A DNA stretch of 64,000 nt from contig JAUYOL010000004.1 in the NCBI GenBank assembly GCA_030695905.1, forward strand, positions 2,874-66,873. Reading direction: 5' to 3'. The notes below the pieces were generated by a model. That model did no database searches. It had not been told where the DNA came from and saw only the letters and a list, made by a program, of their open reading frames with translations. This DNA is from Candidatus Omnitrophota bacterium (GTDB lineage Bacteria; Omnitrophota; Gorgyraeia; 2-01-FULL-45-10). Made by a program: the position numbers and the translations under genes. The first letter of the stretch is position 1; every line of letters begins with the position of its first letter. Shown here one piece after another: positions 1 through 9,042 of the stretch.

Positions 1-1394
1 TATCCTTTTTCCAGGAAAACCTTAATCGTAACCAGGCGGCAAAAGATTACCTGGTCTCAAGAGGCATAGGCGAAGAGATAATAAAAAACTTCAGGATAGG
101 CTATGCCCCTGACGGCTGGGAAAACGGATTGAATTTTTTTAAGAAGAGAAGCATTGATGGCGCGATCCTTGAAAAGGCGGGCCTGGCGATATCCAATGAG
201 AAGGGCGGCTACTACGACAGGTTCAGAAAACGCCTCATGTTCCCAATATTTGATCTTAAGGGCAGGGTGTTAGGGTTTGGCGGGAGAGTGCTGGATTCGA
301 GCCTTCCAAAATATATGAATTCACCTGAGACATGCATATATTCGAAGGGCCGGCATTTATATGGGTTAAATCTCAGCAAAGACGAAATAAAGAAGCAGGG
401 TTATGCGCTGATAGTGGAAGGTTATCTCGATTTTATCATACCCTATCAGGCCGGCGCGAAGAATATAATAGCTACGCTGGGCACGGCTCTTACTATAGAC
501 CAGGTGAAGCTTTTAAAGCGGTTTGCTAACACCAGTATAATGGTATATGACCCGGATGAGGCAGGCGAAGCGGCAAGCCTGCGCAATATGGATATGTTCA
601 TAGGTGAAGGGGTGAATGTTTATATAGCGGAGCTGCCCAAAGGATTTGACCCCGATAATTATATACGAAAATTCGGGACGGATGATTTCATAAAGATGAC
701 AAAGTCCAGTAAGAACCTATTTGATTACAAGCTGTACAAACTGTCATCCAGATTCGATATTAAAACAGCGCATGGCAAGGCTGCGATAGCCGGAGAGATG
801 CTGCCGACCATTTCCAGGATAGAGAACGCGGTGTTGAGATCGAATCTCGTGAAGAAATTAGCTGAAAAATTATCCGTGGACGAAGAGTCAATAAGGACCG
901 AATTAAGAAAAGTAAAACCGGATTATGGGGCGCGTACCTATAATGTTACGCCGGTGGAAGCAAGGAAGGATTCGAAGAGCGCCGAGAAGATGGTATTGGC
1001 CCTGCTGCTTGAAGGGGAGAGTTTTGTGCGGCGCGCCAAGGAGTCGCTGACATTGGATGAGTATAAGGACTCGCTGGTAAGAGATGTTATCAAAGCGGTT
1101 TACGATCTATCAAGAGAAGAAAAGAATATAACAGCCGTCAGGCTGATGAATCATTTCGACAATAACGAAGACGCTTCAGATCTTATATCCGAGGTTGTCC
1201 ATATATCGGAGACGCTGGATAATAAAGACAAGATACTCTTGGATTGTATAGCAAAGATAAAGAGGGACAACGTAAAGGACAGGCTCTCAAGGCTTCAGGA
1301 CGCCATAAAGGTTGCGCATGCTTCTAACGATGACAATTTGGTTACGAAGCTTGTTAGTGAGTATACCGAGCTTTTGAAAGTGAATAAGACTTAA
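1..1394 (+). CDS. dnaG: DNA primase (5'-truncated by the window edge)
   Basis: Frame is open from position 3 (YLVSRGI...FRIGYAP). Motifs [25 protein letters not shown] and TOPRIM VEGYLD / YDPDEAG. Lies directly upstream of rpoD. Confidence 0.97.
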   Translation, partial: SFFQENLNRNQAAKDYLVSRGIGEEIIKNFRIGYAPDGWENGLNFFKKRSIDGAILEKAGLAISNEKGGYYDRFRKRLMFPIFDLKGRVLGFGGRVLDSSLPKYMNSPETCIYSKGRHLYGLNLSKDEIKKQGYALIVEGYLDFIIPYQAGAKNIIATLGTALTIDQVKLLKRFANTSIMVYDPDEAGEAASLRNMDMFIGEGVNVYIAELPKGFDPDNYIRKFGTDDFIKMTKSSKNLFDYKLYKLSSRFDIKTAHGKAAIAGEMLPTISRIENAVLRSNLVKKLAEKLSVDEESIRTELRKVKPDYGARTYNVTPVEARKDSKSAEKMVLALLLEGESFVRRAKESLTLDEYKDSLVRDVIKAVYDLSREEKNITAVRLMNHFDNNEDASDLISEVVHISETLDNKDKILLDCIAKIKRDNVKDRLSRLQDAIKVAHASNDDNLVTKLVSEYTELLKVNKT

Positions 1395-1396
1395 GA

Positions 1397-3085
1397 ATGA
1401 AAAAAAGTAAAAGGAAGATAATGAAAAGAAGAAAAATAATCAGAAGGCCCAGGATGAAGAGTATCTTCAAGAAATTCGACCTGAGGGCCAAGAACAAAAA
1501 AGAAGTGAAGCCGGAAATTAAAGAACCGGCGGCAAAGAGGAAGATATCCAAGGAACTTTCCGAACTGATAGCCCTGGGTAAGGAGAAGGGGCATCTTACG
1601 TTCGAAGAGGTCAATAATATACTGCCTGTAGATATAGTTTCTTCGGAAGAGATAGATGAAATACTAAGCGTATTAGGCGATGAAAATATAAAACTTGTAG
1701 ATACAGAAGAGGAACTTACCGAAAAACCCGCGGAAGAAGGAGTGGAAGAAAAGAAGGAAGAGGTGGCGCCGGTTGTGGAAGAGCCCGCCAGGACGGTGCA
1801 GGTAGACGACCCGGTAAAGATGTATCTGCGGCAGATGGGCCAGATATCGCTTTTGACCAGAAAAGAAGAACTTGAAATAGCCGGTAAGATAAAAGATTCG
1901 GAAGGTAAGCTGAGGGATGTCGTTTCAGATCTTCCGGTTGCTAAGACTAAAGCGCTTGAAATACTGGACAAGGCCTTAAAGGAAGAGGTAAATGTAGAAG
2001 AGTTCCTCAATATAGATCCAAAGTTTAAGCTTTCAAGACTGAAGAAGAAGATGGCGAGCCTGGCGGATGGCTTGAGAAAAGCCAGGACCCCTTCGAGCAT
2101 AGGACGGCTGGTAAAAGAGGCTAATTTCGCGATGCCGGTTGTTGAAGAGATGGTGAAGAAAATAGAGGAATGCCTTGTAGAACATTCCAAAGTCGAAGGG
2201 CAGTTAGCCAGAGCCAGAAAATCAAGAAGCAGGGATGATATTAAAAGGCTGCGTAAGCAAAAGAACAGAATTGAAAGGGATCTTGGTGAGCCCGCTGACG
2301 AAATGCGGGAACATTTTAAGCTCGTAAAATCATGCGAGATTAAACTTAATAAGCATAAGAAGGAACTTGTTGCGGCAAATTTAAGGCTTGTGGTAAGCAT
2401 TGCCAAAAAATATACCAATAGAGGCCTCTCATTTTTAGATCTCATACAGGAAGGTAATATCGGGCTTATGAAGGCTGTCGATAAGTTCGAATATAAGAGA
2501 GGATATAAATTTTCCACATATGCGACATGGTGGATAAGGCAGGCTATAACACGTTCGATAGCCGACCAGTCCAGGACGATAAGGATACCTGTGCATATGA
2601 CAGAGACTATAAATAAATTGATAAGGATATCCAGATCGCTCGTCCAGGAAAATGGAAAGGAGCCGACGCCTGAAGAGATAGCGCACAAGATGAGGATGCC
2701 CGTAGACAAGGTAAGAGGCATCCTTAAGATAGCGCAGGAGCCAATTTCACTGCAGACGCCTATAGGCGAAGAGGGTGATACGCATTTCGGTGATTTCATA
2801 GAGGACAAAAGAGCTGTGTCTCCTGCAAATGCTACGGCCTATTCCATGTTGAAGGAAGAGATGGATGACGTATTGGGTACTTTGACAGAGCGCGAAAAGA
2901 AGGTATTGAGGCTGCGGTTTGGAATAGGTGACGGTTATCCGAGGACGCTTGAAGAGGTGGGTGCCATATTTAAGGTTACCAGGGAGCGCGTCCGACAAAT
3001 AGAAGCGAAGGCATTGAGGAAGCTGAGACATCCGACGCGTTCAAGAAGATTGAAGAACTTTTTGGCAATGGGCTCGGGCGAGTAA
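1397..3085 (+). CDS. rpoD: RNA polymerase primary sigma factor (sigma70)
   Basis: Region 1.1 ([17 protein letters not shown]), 1.2 ([12 protein letters not shown]), 2 ([45 protein letters not shown]) and 4 ([17 protein letters not shown]). Exact start codon uncertain. Confidence 0.98.
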   Translation: MKKSKRKIMKRRKIIRRPRMKSIFKKFDLRAKNKKEVKPEIKEPAAKRKISKELSELIALGKEKGHLTFEEVNNILPVDIVSSEEIDEILSVLGDENIKLVDTEEELTEKPAEEGVEEKKEEVAPVVEEPARTVQVDDPVKMYLRQMGQISLLTRKEELEIAGKIKDSEGKLRDVVSDLPVAKTKALEILDKALKEEVNVEEFLNIDPKFKLSRLKKKMASLADGLRKARTPSSIGRLVKEANFAMPVVEEMVKKIEECLVEHSKVEGQLARARKSRSRDDIKRLRKQKNRIERDLGEPADEMREHFKLVKSCEIKLNKHKKELVAANLRLVVSIAKKYTNRGLSFLDLIQEGNIGLMKAVDKFEYKRGYKFSTYATWWIRQAITRSIADQSRTIRIPVHMTETINKLIRISRSLVQENGKEPTPEEIAHKMRMPVDKVRGILKIAQEPISLQTPIGEEGDTHFGDFIEDKRAVSPANATAYSMLKEEMDDVLGTLTEREKKVLRLRFGIGDGYPRTLEEVGAIFKVTRERVRQIEAKALRKLRHPTRSRRLKNFLAMGSGE

Positions 3086-3088
3086 GTT

Positions 3089-3394
3089 ATGCTGAAAAAA
3101 AGCGTTATCTTTTTTATCGCGACTTGTCTGTTAATGTTAGCCGCAGATTATGCGCATAGCGTATACCTAAAGGACGTTGGCCAGCAGGTGGAAGGCAGAC
3201 AGCTGACCAATAAGAAGATGTGGACAAAGATTTTAAGGGATATGCCGGCCCGGCAGATAAAGGATATATTAGGAGAGCCGGAACGCGCGGTGGAAGGTGT
3301 TACTACGATATGGTTTTATCAAAAGGGCGGCAGCGTGGAATTTTCTAATGGCAAAGTCATTAAATGGATCAAGCCCTATTCCTGGGATTATTAA
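3089..3394 (+). CDS. Small exported hypothetical protein, possibly SmpA/BamE-like fold
   Basis: N-terminal signal peptide followed by an M...QIKDILGEP...WFY...VEFSNGKV pattern. Confidence 0.6.
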   Translation: MLKKSVIFFIATCLLMLAADYAHSVYLKDVGQQVEGRQLTNKKMWTKILRDMPARQIKDILGEPERAVEGVTTIWFYQKGGSVEFSNGKVIKWIKPYSWDY

Positions 3395-3400
3395 ATCCGC

Positions 3401-3429
3401 TTTACACTTTCCTGATAATTCAGTATAAT
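3401..3429 (+). promoter_or_regulatory. Sigma70 promoter for the tRNA pair
   Basis: TTTACA-17 bp-TATAAT, ending 18 bp before the first tRNA. Confidence 0.7.
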
Positions 3430-3447
3430 AACACCTTCTAAAATAGT

Positions 3448-3523
3448 GGGCCCGTAGCTCAGTCGGTAGAGCAGGAGACTCATAATCTCTTGGTCCAAGG
3501 TTCGAGTCCTTGCGGGCCCACCA
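3448..3523 (+). tRNA. tRNA with CAT anticodon, most likely tRNA-Ile2 (lysidine)
   Basis: Cloverleaf GGGCCCG/CGGGCCC-A-CCA, anticodon loop CT-CAT-AA, T-loop TTCGAGT. GCAGGAGACTCATAATCTCTTGGTC resembles the Ile2 type, and there is no initiator C1:A72 mismatch. Confidence 0.9.
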
Positions 3524-3572
3524 TACTAGTTCAGTTTACGAGTTGTTTGTAAGGTTAGCGGGTATAGAGGGC

Positions 3573-3649
3573 GGGCACTTAGCTCAGCTGGTTAGAGCGC
3601 TGCGCTCACATCGCAGAGGTCAGAGGTTCGAGTCCTCCAGTGCCCACCA
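3573..3649 (+). tRNA. tRNA-Val(CAC)
   Basis: Acceptor GGGCACT/AGTGCCC-A-CCA, anticodon arm CTGCG-CT-CAC-AT-CGCAG, T-loop TTCGAGT. One A-C mismatch at the base of the T-stem. Confidence 0.93.
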
Positions 3650-3667
3650 CTTCCTGGAAATTATTTT

Positions 3668-4381
3668 ATGATAAATCTCGAAGAACAGATTAAGTTACTG
3701 GTCGAACTCCAAGGGCTCGATACGCAAATTTTCAGGCGCGAAAAAGACCTATTTGACATGCCTGAAAATTTAAAGAAGCTCGACGAAGAGTTTAAAGCCA
3801 AGATGGCAGGCCTGAAAGCCCTCGAGGATAATTTAAAATCCATGCAGGTAAAGCGCAGGGACAGGGAGAATGATCTGGCGACTAAAGAAGGCTCTATAAA
3901 GAAACTGCAGACGCAGCTGTATCAGCTTAAGACAAACAAAGAATTCTCTACGATGCAGGAAGAGATAGCCAGGATCAAAGCGGATAACTCTTTGATAGAA
4001 GAAGATATTTTAAAGATATTCGATCAGGTTGATATTGAAAATGGGAAGATCTCAAAGGAAAAAGAATTTTTGAAGGGCGAAGAGGTAAAGCTGAATGACC
4101 AGAAACGTAAAGTAGAAGAAGAGACCAAGCGCATAAAAGCAGAAGCAGATTCACTAAAGACGCAAAGGGTTGCGCTTGTGGAAAAGGTGGATAAGACAAT
4201 TCTTGCCAGATATGACAGGATAATAAAGGCGAAAGACGGCCTTGCGGTAGTGCCGGTGGCAGGCGGATCATGCCAGGGATGTTTCAGGATACTTCCTTTT
4301 CAGGTTATACACGAGATAAGGATGAAGAAGGATCTTGTTATTTGTGGAAGCTGCGCTCGGATACTTTACCTTGAAGAATAA
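3668..4381 (+). CDS. Coiled-coil protein with C-terminal C4 zinc ribbon (DUF164/CT398-like)
   Basis: LLVELQGLD N-terminus, long coiled coil, CQGC...CGSCARILY. Usual neighbour of rnhA and rnpB. Confidence 0.9.
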   Translation: MINLEEQIKLLVELQGLDTQIFRREKDLFDMPENLKKLDEEFKAKMAGLKALEDNLKSMQVKRRDRENDLATKEGSIKKLQTQLYQLKTNKEFSTMQEEIARIKADNSLIEEDILKIFDQVDIENGKISKEKEFLKGEEVKLNDQKRKVEEETKRIKAEADSLKTQRVALVEKVDKTILARYDRIIKAKDGLAVVPVAGGSCQGCFRILPFQVIHEIRMKKDLVICGSCARILYLEE

Positions 4382-4787
4382 GCGCCTTGAAATTTATGTA
4401 GATGGCGGTGCCAGAGGCAATCCGGGTCCTGCGGGGGTCGGAGTTGTTATACTGGATGCCGGTGGCAAGAAGATAAAAGATGTTTCGAAATATATAGGCG
4501 AGGCCACAAATAATATCGCGGAATACAACGCGCTTATCTATGGCCTGGAAGAAGCTCTGATGCTAAGAGCCGACGAGGTAAAAATAAATCTGGATAGCGA
4601 GCTTGTAGTCAAGCAGATCAATGGTGAGTATCGAGTAAAAGATGCGAACCTGAAACCGCTTTTTGAAAGAGCGCTTAATATGTTGAAGAGTTTTAAGAAT
4701 TTCGAGATTAATCACATAGACCGCTCAAAGAATAAAGAAGCGGATAAGCTGGTAAATAGAGCTATTAACTTAGCGAGTTTAATATAG
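4371..4787 (+). CDS. rnhA: Ribonuclease HI family protein
   Basis: YVDGGARGNPGPAG, TNNIAEY, DSELVVKQ, NKEADKL. TTG at 4371 preferred over the ORF-track start at 4335. Confidence 0.92.
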   Translation: MKNKRLEIYVDGGARGNPGPAGVGVVILDAGGKKIKDVSKYIGEATNNIAEYNALIYGLEEALMLRADEVKINLDSELVVKQINGEYRVKDANLKPLFERALNMLKSFKNFEINHIDRSKNKEADKLVNRAINLASLI

Positions 4788-4789
4788 TT

Positions 4790-5170
4790 TTAGCGAGCCG
4801 GATGGTCGCCCGCCGATAAGATCGGCGAGAGGAAAGTCCGAGCTCTAAAGAGCAGCGTAACGGCTAATGGCCGTCCGTCGAAAGACGAGGATTAGAGGAC
4901 AGAGACGAGGCTCCGTCAATTGTTGTATGACGGAGAGTGAGACGACCAATCTCTACGCGGAGCAAGACCAAATAGGTCTCGATTAAGGAGTTGCTCGCTC
5001 CTACTGCAAATTGATCTTCGTTAGCGGGTAGTAAATTCCGCGAAGCGAAACACGTCAGTATCGAGACGGGTAAGGTCGCTTGATCCTGCCAGTAATGGCG
5101 GGACTAGATAGATGACCATCTCATTCTGTGCAAACAGGATAAGACAAAACTCGGCTTACAGGCTCGCTAA
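4790..5170 (+). ncRNA. rnpB: RNase P RNA
   Basis: P1 TTAGCGAGCC/GGCTCGCTAA, conserved GAGGAAAGTCCGAGCTC and ACAAAACTCGGCTTAC (P4), GAGCAAGACCAAATAGG, L15 GGT motif, P18 with GTAA loop. Confidence 0.95.
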
Positions 5171-5175
5171 TATTT

Positions 5176-5206
5176 AAAGGGCGCTTCAATTCGAAGCGCC
5201 CTTTTT
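5176..5206 (+). terminator. Rho-independent terminator after rnpB
   Basis: AAAGGGCGCTTC-AATTC-GAAGCGCCCTTT followed by Ts. Confidence 0.88.
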
Positions 5207-5255
5207 GTTCCTCATCCCATCAGTACTATTAGCAATAAATATACATGATAAATGC

Positions 5256-5284
5256 TTGACATGGGTGGTGGCATAGTGTATACT
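5256..5284 (+). promoter_or_regulatory. Sigma70 promoter of the dcw operon
   Basis: TTGACA-17 bp-TATACT upstream of mraZ. Confidence 0.8.
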
Positions 5285-5295
5285 TTATATCACGT

Positions 5296-5320
5296 AGTGG
5301 TGAAAAGTGGTATAAAGTGG
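5296..5320 (+). promoter_or_regulatory. MraZ operator (three AGTGG boxes, 10-bp period)
   Basis: AGTGG at 5296, 5306 and 5316, between the promoter and the mraZ start. Matches the known GTGG-type MraZ repeat architecture. Confidence 0.8.
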
Positions 5321-5333
5321 AGGAAGGCCATCT

Positions 5334-5777
5334 GTGTTCTACGGTGAATATGAGCATACAATAGATAAGAAGGGCAGGATCATCATCCCGTCGAAGTTCC
5401 GTGATTTTTTAAAGGAATACGACATAAAAAAGATGTTCGTCACAAGAGGCCTTGATAAGTGCCTCTTTTTATTTACCGAAGATGAATGGAAGACGCAGGA
5501 GGCAAAATTTAAATCCATTCCGTTTACAAAATCTGAATCGAGAAAATTTAACAGGCTTTATTTTTCCGGCGCGGCTCTGGTCGAATGCGATGCGCAGGGC
5601 AGAATCCTTCTTCCGAAATATCTTAAGGATTTTGCCGAGATAAAAAGGGACATAATGTTTATCGGCGTTTCGAACAGAATGGAAGTCTGGTCGAAAGAAG
5701 TATGGCAGGAGTATTATAAAACTTCCAAAGGCTCTTACGAAGAGATAGCCGAAAGCCTAATGTCTGCGGAAGGGTAA
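5334..5777 (+). CDS. mraZ: Division/cell-wall cluster transcriptional repressor MraZ
   Basis: MFYGEYEHTIDKKGRIIIPSKFR, DAQGRILLP, IGVSNRMEVW. Confidence 0.97.
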   Translation: MFYGEYEHTIDKKGRIIIPSKFRDFLKEYDIKKMFVTRGLDKCLFLFTEDEWKTQEAKFKSIPFTKSESRKFNRLYFSGAALVECDAQGRILLPKYLKDFAEIKRDIMFIGVSNRMEVWSKEVWQEYYKTSKGSYEEIAESLMSAEG

Positions 5778-5801
5778 TAATATAGATCGGAGGTGGCTTG
5801 T

Positions 5802-5987
5802 ATGAGTCCCAGATATCGCAAGTGCGGCAAAAAAGTAAAACTCTATAATGCCAACATGGACGCGTTTATCGAGCGCTTAAGAAGAGTAAGGGCTCTTAAC
5901 AGCGATCCGTCCTTTTTTGGCATGGATTCAGATAACGTGAAAAAATTTTCTTTCCATAAGTTCGAGATATTAACAAAACTTTTATAA
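5802..5987 (+). CDS. Small basic hypothetical protein (61 aa)
   Basis: GGAGGT Shine-Dalgarno 7 nt before ATG 5802. Fills the mraZ-rsmH gap. Confidence 0.6.
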   Translation: MSPRYRKCGKKVKLYNANMDAFIERLRRVRALNSDPSFFGMDSDNVKKFSFHKFEILTKLL

Positions 5988-6006
5988 TAAGCGGAGTATC
6001 TGTAGT

Positions 6007-6891
6007 GTGCATCAGAGTGTAATGATTGAAGAGGCTATAAGTTCTTTGAATTTGAAACACGGTTCAATCGTGGTAGACGGGACGGTCGGCGGCGGCGGGC
6101 ATTCTCTCCAGATACTTAAGATGATAACCCCGGCCGGCCGCATGATAGGCATAGACGCGGACGCCAGCGTGTTAAAGATAGCGCAGGAAAGATTAAAAGA
6201 TTTTAGCGGCTCTTTCACATTAGTGAATGACAACTTCAGGAATATCGACAGGATACTCTCGAAAGAGAACGCAAAAGACTTGGACGCCATCCTTTTGGAT
6301 ATCGGCATATCGTCTTACCAAATAGAAGATACGTCAAGAGGGTTTAGTATAAAAAACAATAGCCGTCTCGACATGAGGATGGATCCCAGGTCCGGCATAA
6401 CGGCCTATGATATCGTAAATAGGTACAGCGAAAAAGACCTGTCGGATATTATAGAAGAATACGGCGAAGAGAGGTTCCATAATAAAGTTGCCCGCTACAT
6501 AGTTTACGCAAGGCAGAAAAAACCGATAGAGACAACTCAGGAATTGGCGCTGATTGTGCGCAGGGCAGTCGGATACAGATACAGAAATTCCAGGATAGAT
6601 CCTGCGACGCGGACATTCCAGGCTATAAGGATAGAGGTAAACGACGAACTTAGATCCCTGGAAGAAGGTTTAAAGAGCGCTATATTTTGGCTGAAAACCG
6701 GCGGACGGATAGTAGTGATATCGTTCCATTCGCTTGAAGATAGAATAGTAAAGAATTTGTTTAAAGGGTATGCGGAATTAGGGATTTTAAAAATTATAAC
6801 AAAAAAGCCTTTGACGCCTTCGCAGGATGAAGTATTTAATAATCCGCGCGCAAGAAGCGCAAAGATGAGAGTAGCGGAAAGGATTAAATAG
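6007..6891 (+). CDS. rsmH: 16S rRNA m4C1402 methyltransferase
   Basis: DGTVGGGGHS, LDMRMD, TRTFQAIRIEVNDEL, ISFHSLEDRIVK, NPRARSAKMR. Confidence 0.97.
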   Translation: MHQSVMIEEAISSLNLKHGSIVVDGTVGGGGHSLQILKMITPAGRMIGIDADASVLKIAQERLKDFSGSFTLVNDNFRNIDRILSKENAKDLDAILLDIGISSYQIEDTSRGFSIKNNSRLDMRMDPRSGITAYDIVNRYSEKDLSDIIEEYGEERFHNKVARYIVYARQKKPIETTQELALIVRRAVGYRYRNSRIDPATRTFQAIRIEVNDELRSLEEGLKSAIFWLKTGGRIVVISFHSLEDRIVKNLFKGYAELGILKIITKKPLTPSQDEVFNNPRARSAKMRVAERIK

Positions 6892-6896
6892 CAATT

Positions 6897-7283
6897 ATGA
6901 GAATCGCAAGGTACGCGATATCGATATTGATATTAACGGTCGCGGCGTTAGTATATGTTCACCAGCAGATAGAGCTGGTTAAGTTAAGTTACGAAATAGA
7001 TTGCAAGGATAAAAAGGTCAAGGAGATGCTTGACCAGAGGGATATCCTGCGTTATAATATATCCAATTTAGAGTCACCCTCCAGGTTGGAGAACGCTCTT
7101 TCGCTGAAGAAGGTCGCGGTTTCTTACCCTAAGAAGGGGCAGGTTATTATTTTGTCAAAGGCGCATTCGTATTCAAGAGCTTTGCCTGTTTTGGGCACAT
7201 CTAATCTCGAAGAACGGACGCCCATTTTTAGATTTTTTGATTTTCTCGCAGGACGCGCAGAAGCGCACGCCAGAGAAAAATAG
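6897..7283 (+). CDS. ftsL: Probable cell division protein FtsL
   Basis: Single TM, coiled coil and LESPSRLE motif, located between rsmH and ftsI. Confidence 0.7.
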   Translation: MRIARYAISILILTVAALVYVHQQIELVKLSYEIDCKDKKVKEMLDQRDILRYNISNLESPSRLENALSLKKVAVSYPKKGQVIILSKAHSYSRALPVLGTSNLEERTPIFRFFDFLAGRAEAHAREK

Positions 7284-7323
7284 ATTTTAATAGCATAAGC
7301 ACAGTTTTAAGGATTTTCAGTTC

Positions 7324-9033
7324 GTGCATAGCGGAATTTTTAGGACTCGCCAGGTATTCGTCTTTCTTTTTTTTCTCCTATCTTTAATGCTTCTTATCGT
7401 ACGTCTATTTTATCTCCAGGCAGTAAGATATCCTTTTTTTCATAAGTTAGCCAATGAAGAGCACGCATTTTCTGAAAAACTACAGCCGAAAAGAGGAACC
7501 ATATTCGACAGAAATATGCGCGTTCTCGCGGTTAATCTTAACAGGGAATCAGTATTTGCAAATCCACGCCAGATAAAAGATAAAAACCAGGCCGCAAAAA
7601 TCCTCGCTTCCGTATTAAGTTTAGATAAAAATGTTGTTGCGGAAAAAATTTCCAGAGACAAAGGGTTCGTGTGGATAAAGAGGAAGATTACCACAAAAGA
7701 AGCCCTTGACCTGAAAAAATGCAATCTTAAAGGCATAGACTTTGTCGAAGAGTCAAAGAGATTCTATCCCAACCTGCAGTTAGCATGCCACGTTCTCGGC
7801 TCTGTCGATATCGACAACAAGGGCTTGGAAGGCCTCGAATCCCTTTATAATAGTTATCTTAAAGGCGAGGGCGGGTGGCTGGTATCTATGCAGGACGCGA
7901 AGAAAAACCTGTTAAAATCCTACCAGGAAGAATTTTTGGCCCCGAGAAATGGTTACAACCTTGTACTTACGATAGACGACGTTATACAGAATATAGCCGA
8001 AAGAGAACTATTTAAAATGTACGATAAATATCACGCGAAAGGCGCGTCTATTGTAGTGATGGATCCAAAGAATGGCGATATCCTCGCGCTTGCCAGTTAT
8101 CCCAATTTTAACCTTAACAATGTGTCTAACAGGTCAACGGAATCTTTAAGAAACAGGGCTATAAATGATTTTTTTGAACCGGGAAGCATATTTAAGATCA
8201 TTACCGCGAGCGCCGCTCTTGAAGAAAATGTAGTAAATTTCAATGACAAGTTTAATTGCGAAAACGGCGCCTGGAAGATAGGCAAAAGGGTTTTACATGA
8301 CCACAGGCCGCATGGTATATTAACATTTAAGGAGGTCATTGAAAAATCCAGCAACATAGGTACGGTAAAAGTAGCCAGTCTTTTTGGACCCAAGAAGATG
8401 TATGAGTATATGCGTCTTTTCGGATTTTATGAAAGGACAGGCATAGATTTGCCGGGTGAGGTAGTAGGCATGAACAGGCCCCTGGCTGGCTGGACCCCAT
8501 CAAGCATGTATGCGATACCGATGGGTCAGGAGGTGACCTCCACGACCATGCAGCTTGCGCGCGCGATGGCGGTTATAGCGGATAACGGATTTTTAGTCAA
8601 ACCCCGTATAGTTAAAAAGATCATAGATGAAGATGGCGAAGTGGTGAAAGAGTTTCCTATCCAGGTGACGAGGAAGGTCATTTCTCCACAGGTTGCGGCC
8701 AAGGTAAGAGGGCTCCTGATGGGTGTCATTGAATCCGGCACAGGGCAAAAGGCCAAGATGGAAGAGTTCAGCGCGGGAGGAAAGACCGGCACGGCGCAGA
8801 AGGTAATCGGTGGTTTGTACTCGCACGATAGCTTTGTGGCTTCATTTATAGGTTTTGCTCCGGTGTCGAAACCGGTCCTCGCTGTAGCTGTATGTGTTGA
8901 TGAGCCGCGGCCTGTATATTATGGAGGTGATGTGGCCGCTCCTGTTTTTAAAAATGTCGTAGACGAGTCTTTAAAATACCTTAATATAAAAGATGCATAT
9001 ATGCCTGTGAGGCAGGCCATCGCGAAGCGATAG
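7324..9033 (+). CDS. ftsI: Class B penicillin-binding protein (PBP3), no PASTA domain
   Basis: RGTIFDRN, R.YP, GLEGLE, EPGSIFK (SxxK), SSN, KTGTAQ. Confidence 0.93.
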   Translation: MHSGIFRTRQVFVFLFFLLSLMLLIVRLFYLQAVRYPFFHKLANEEHAFSEKLQPKRGTIFDRNMRVLAVNLNRESVFANPRQIKDKNQAAKILASVLSLDKNVVAEKISRDKGFVWIKRKITTKEALDLKKCNLKGIDFVEESKRFYPNLQLACHVLGSVDIDNKGLEGLESLYNSYLKGEGGWLVSMQDAKKNLLKSYQEEFLAPRNGYNLVLTIDDVIQNIAERELFKMYDKYHAKGASIVVMDPKNGDILALASYPNFNLNNVSNRSTESLRNRAINDFFEPGSIFKIITASAALEENVVNFNDKFNCENGAWKIGKRVLHDHRPHGILTFKEVIEKSSNIGTVKVASLFGPKKMYEYMRLFGFYERTGIDLPGEVVGMNRPLAGWTPSSMYAIPMGQEVTSTTMQLARAMAVIADNGFLVKPRIVKKIIDEDGEVVKEFPIQVTRKVISPQVAAKVRGLLMGVIESGTGQKAKMEEFSAGGKTGTAQKVIGGLYSHDSFVASFIGFAPVSKPVLAVAVCVDEPRPVYYGGDVAAPVFKNVVDESLKYLNIKDAYMPVRQAIAKR

Positions 9034-9042
9034 ATAATATTT

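Noticed and set aside
1354-2808. 484-aa minus-strand ORF
   Set aside because: Antisense shadow of rpoD: Ser/Leu/Phe-rich with no motifs. The same applies to other long minus ORFs such as 32148-33140, 17434-18261 and 35430-36224.
3448-3649. tRNAs as integration sites for an island
   Set aside because: No integrase and no duplicated tRNA 3' end seen; the flanking genes are core.
4770-4798. TTAGCGAG repeated at the rnhA end and the rnpB start
   Set aside because: Only 8 bp, and probably coincidental.
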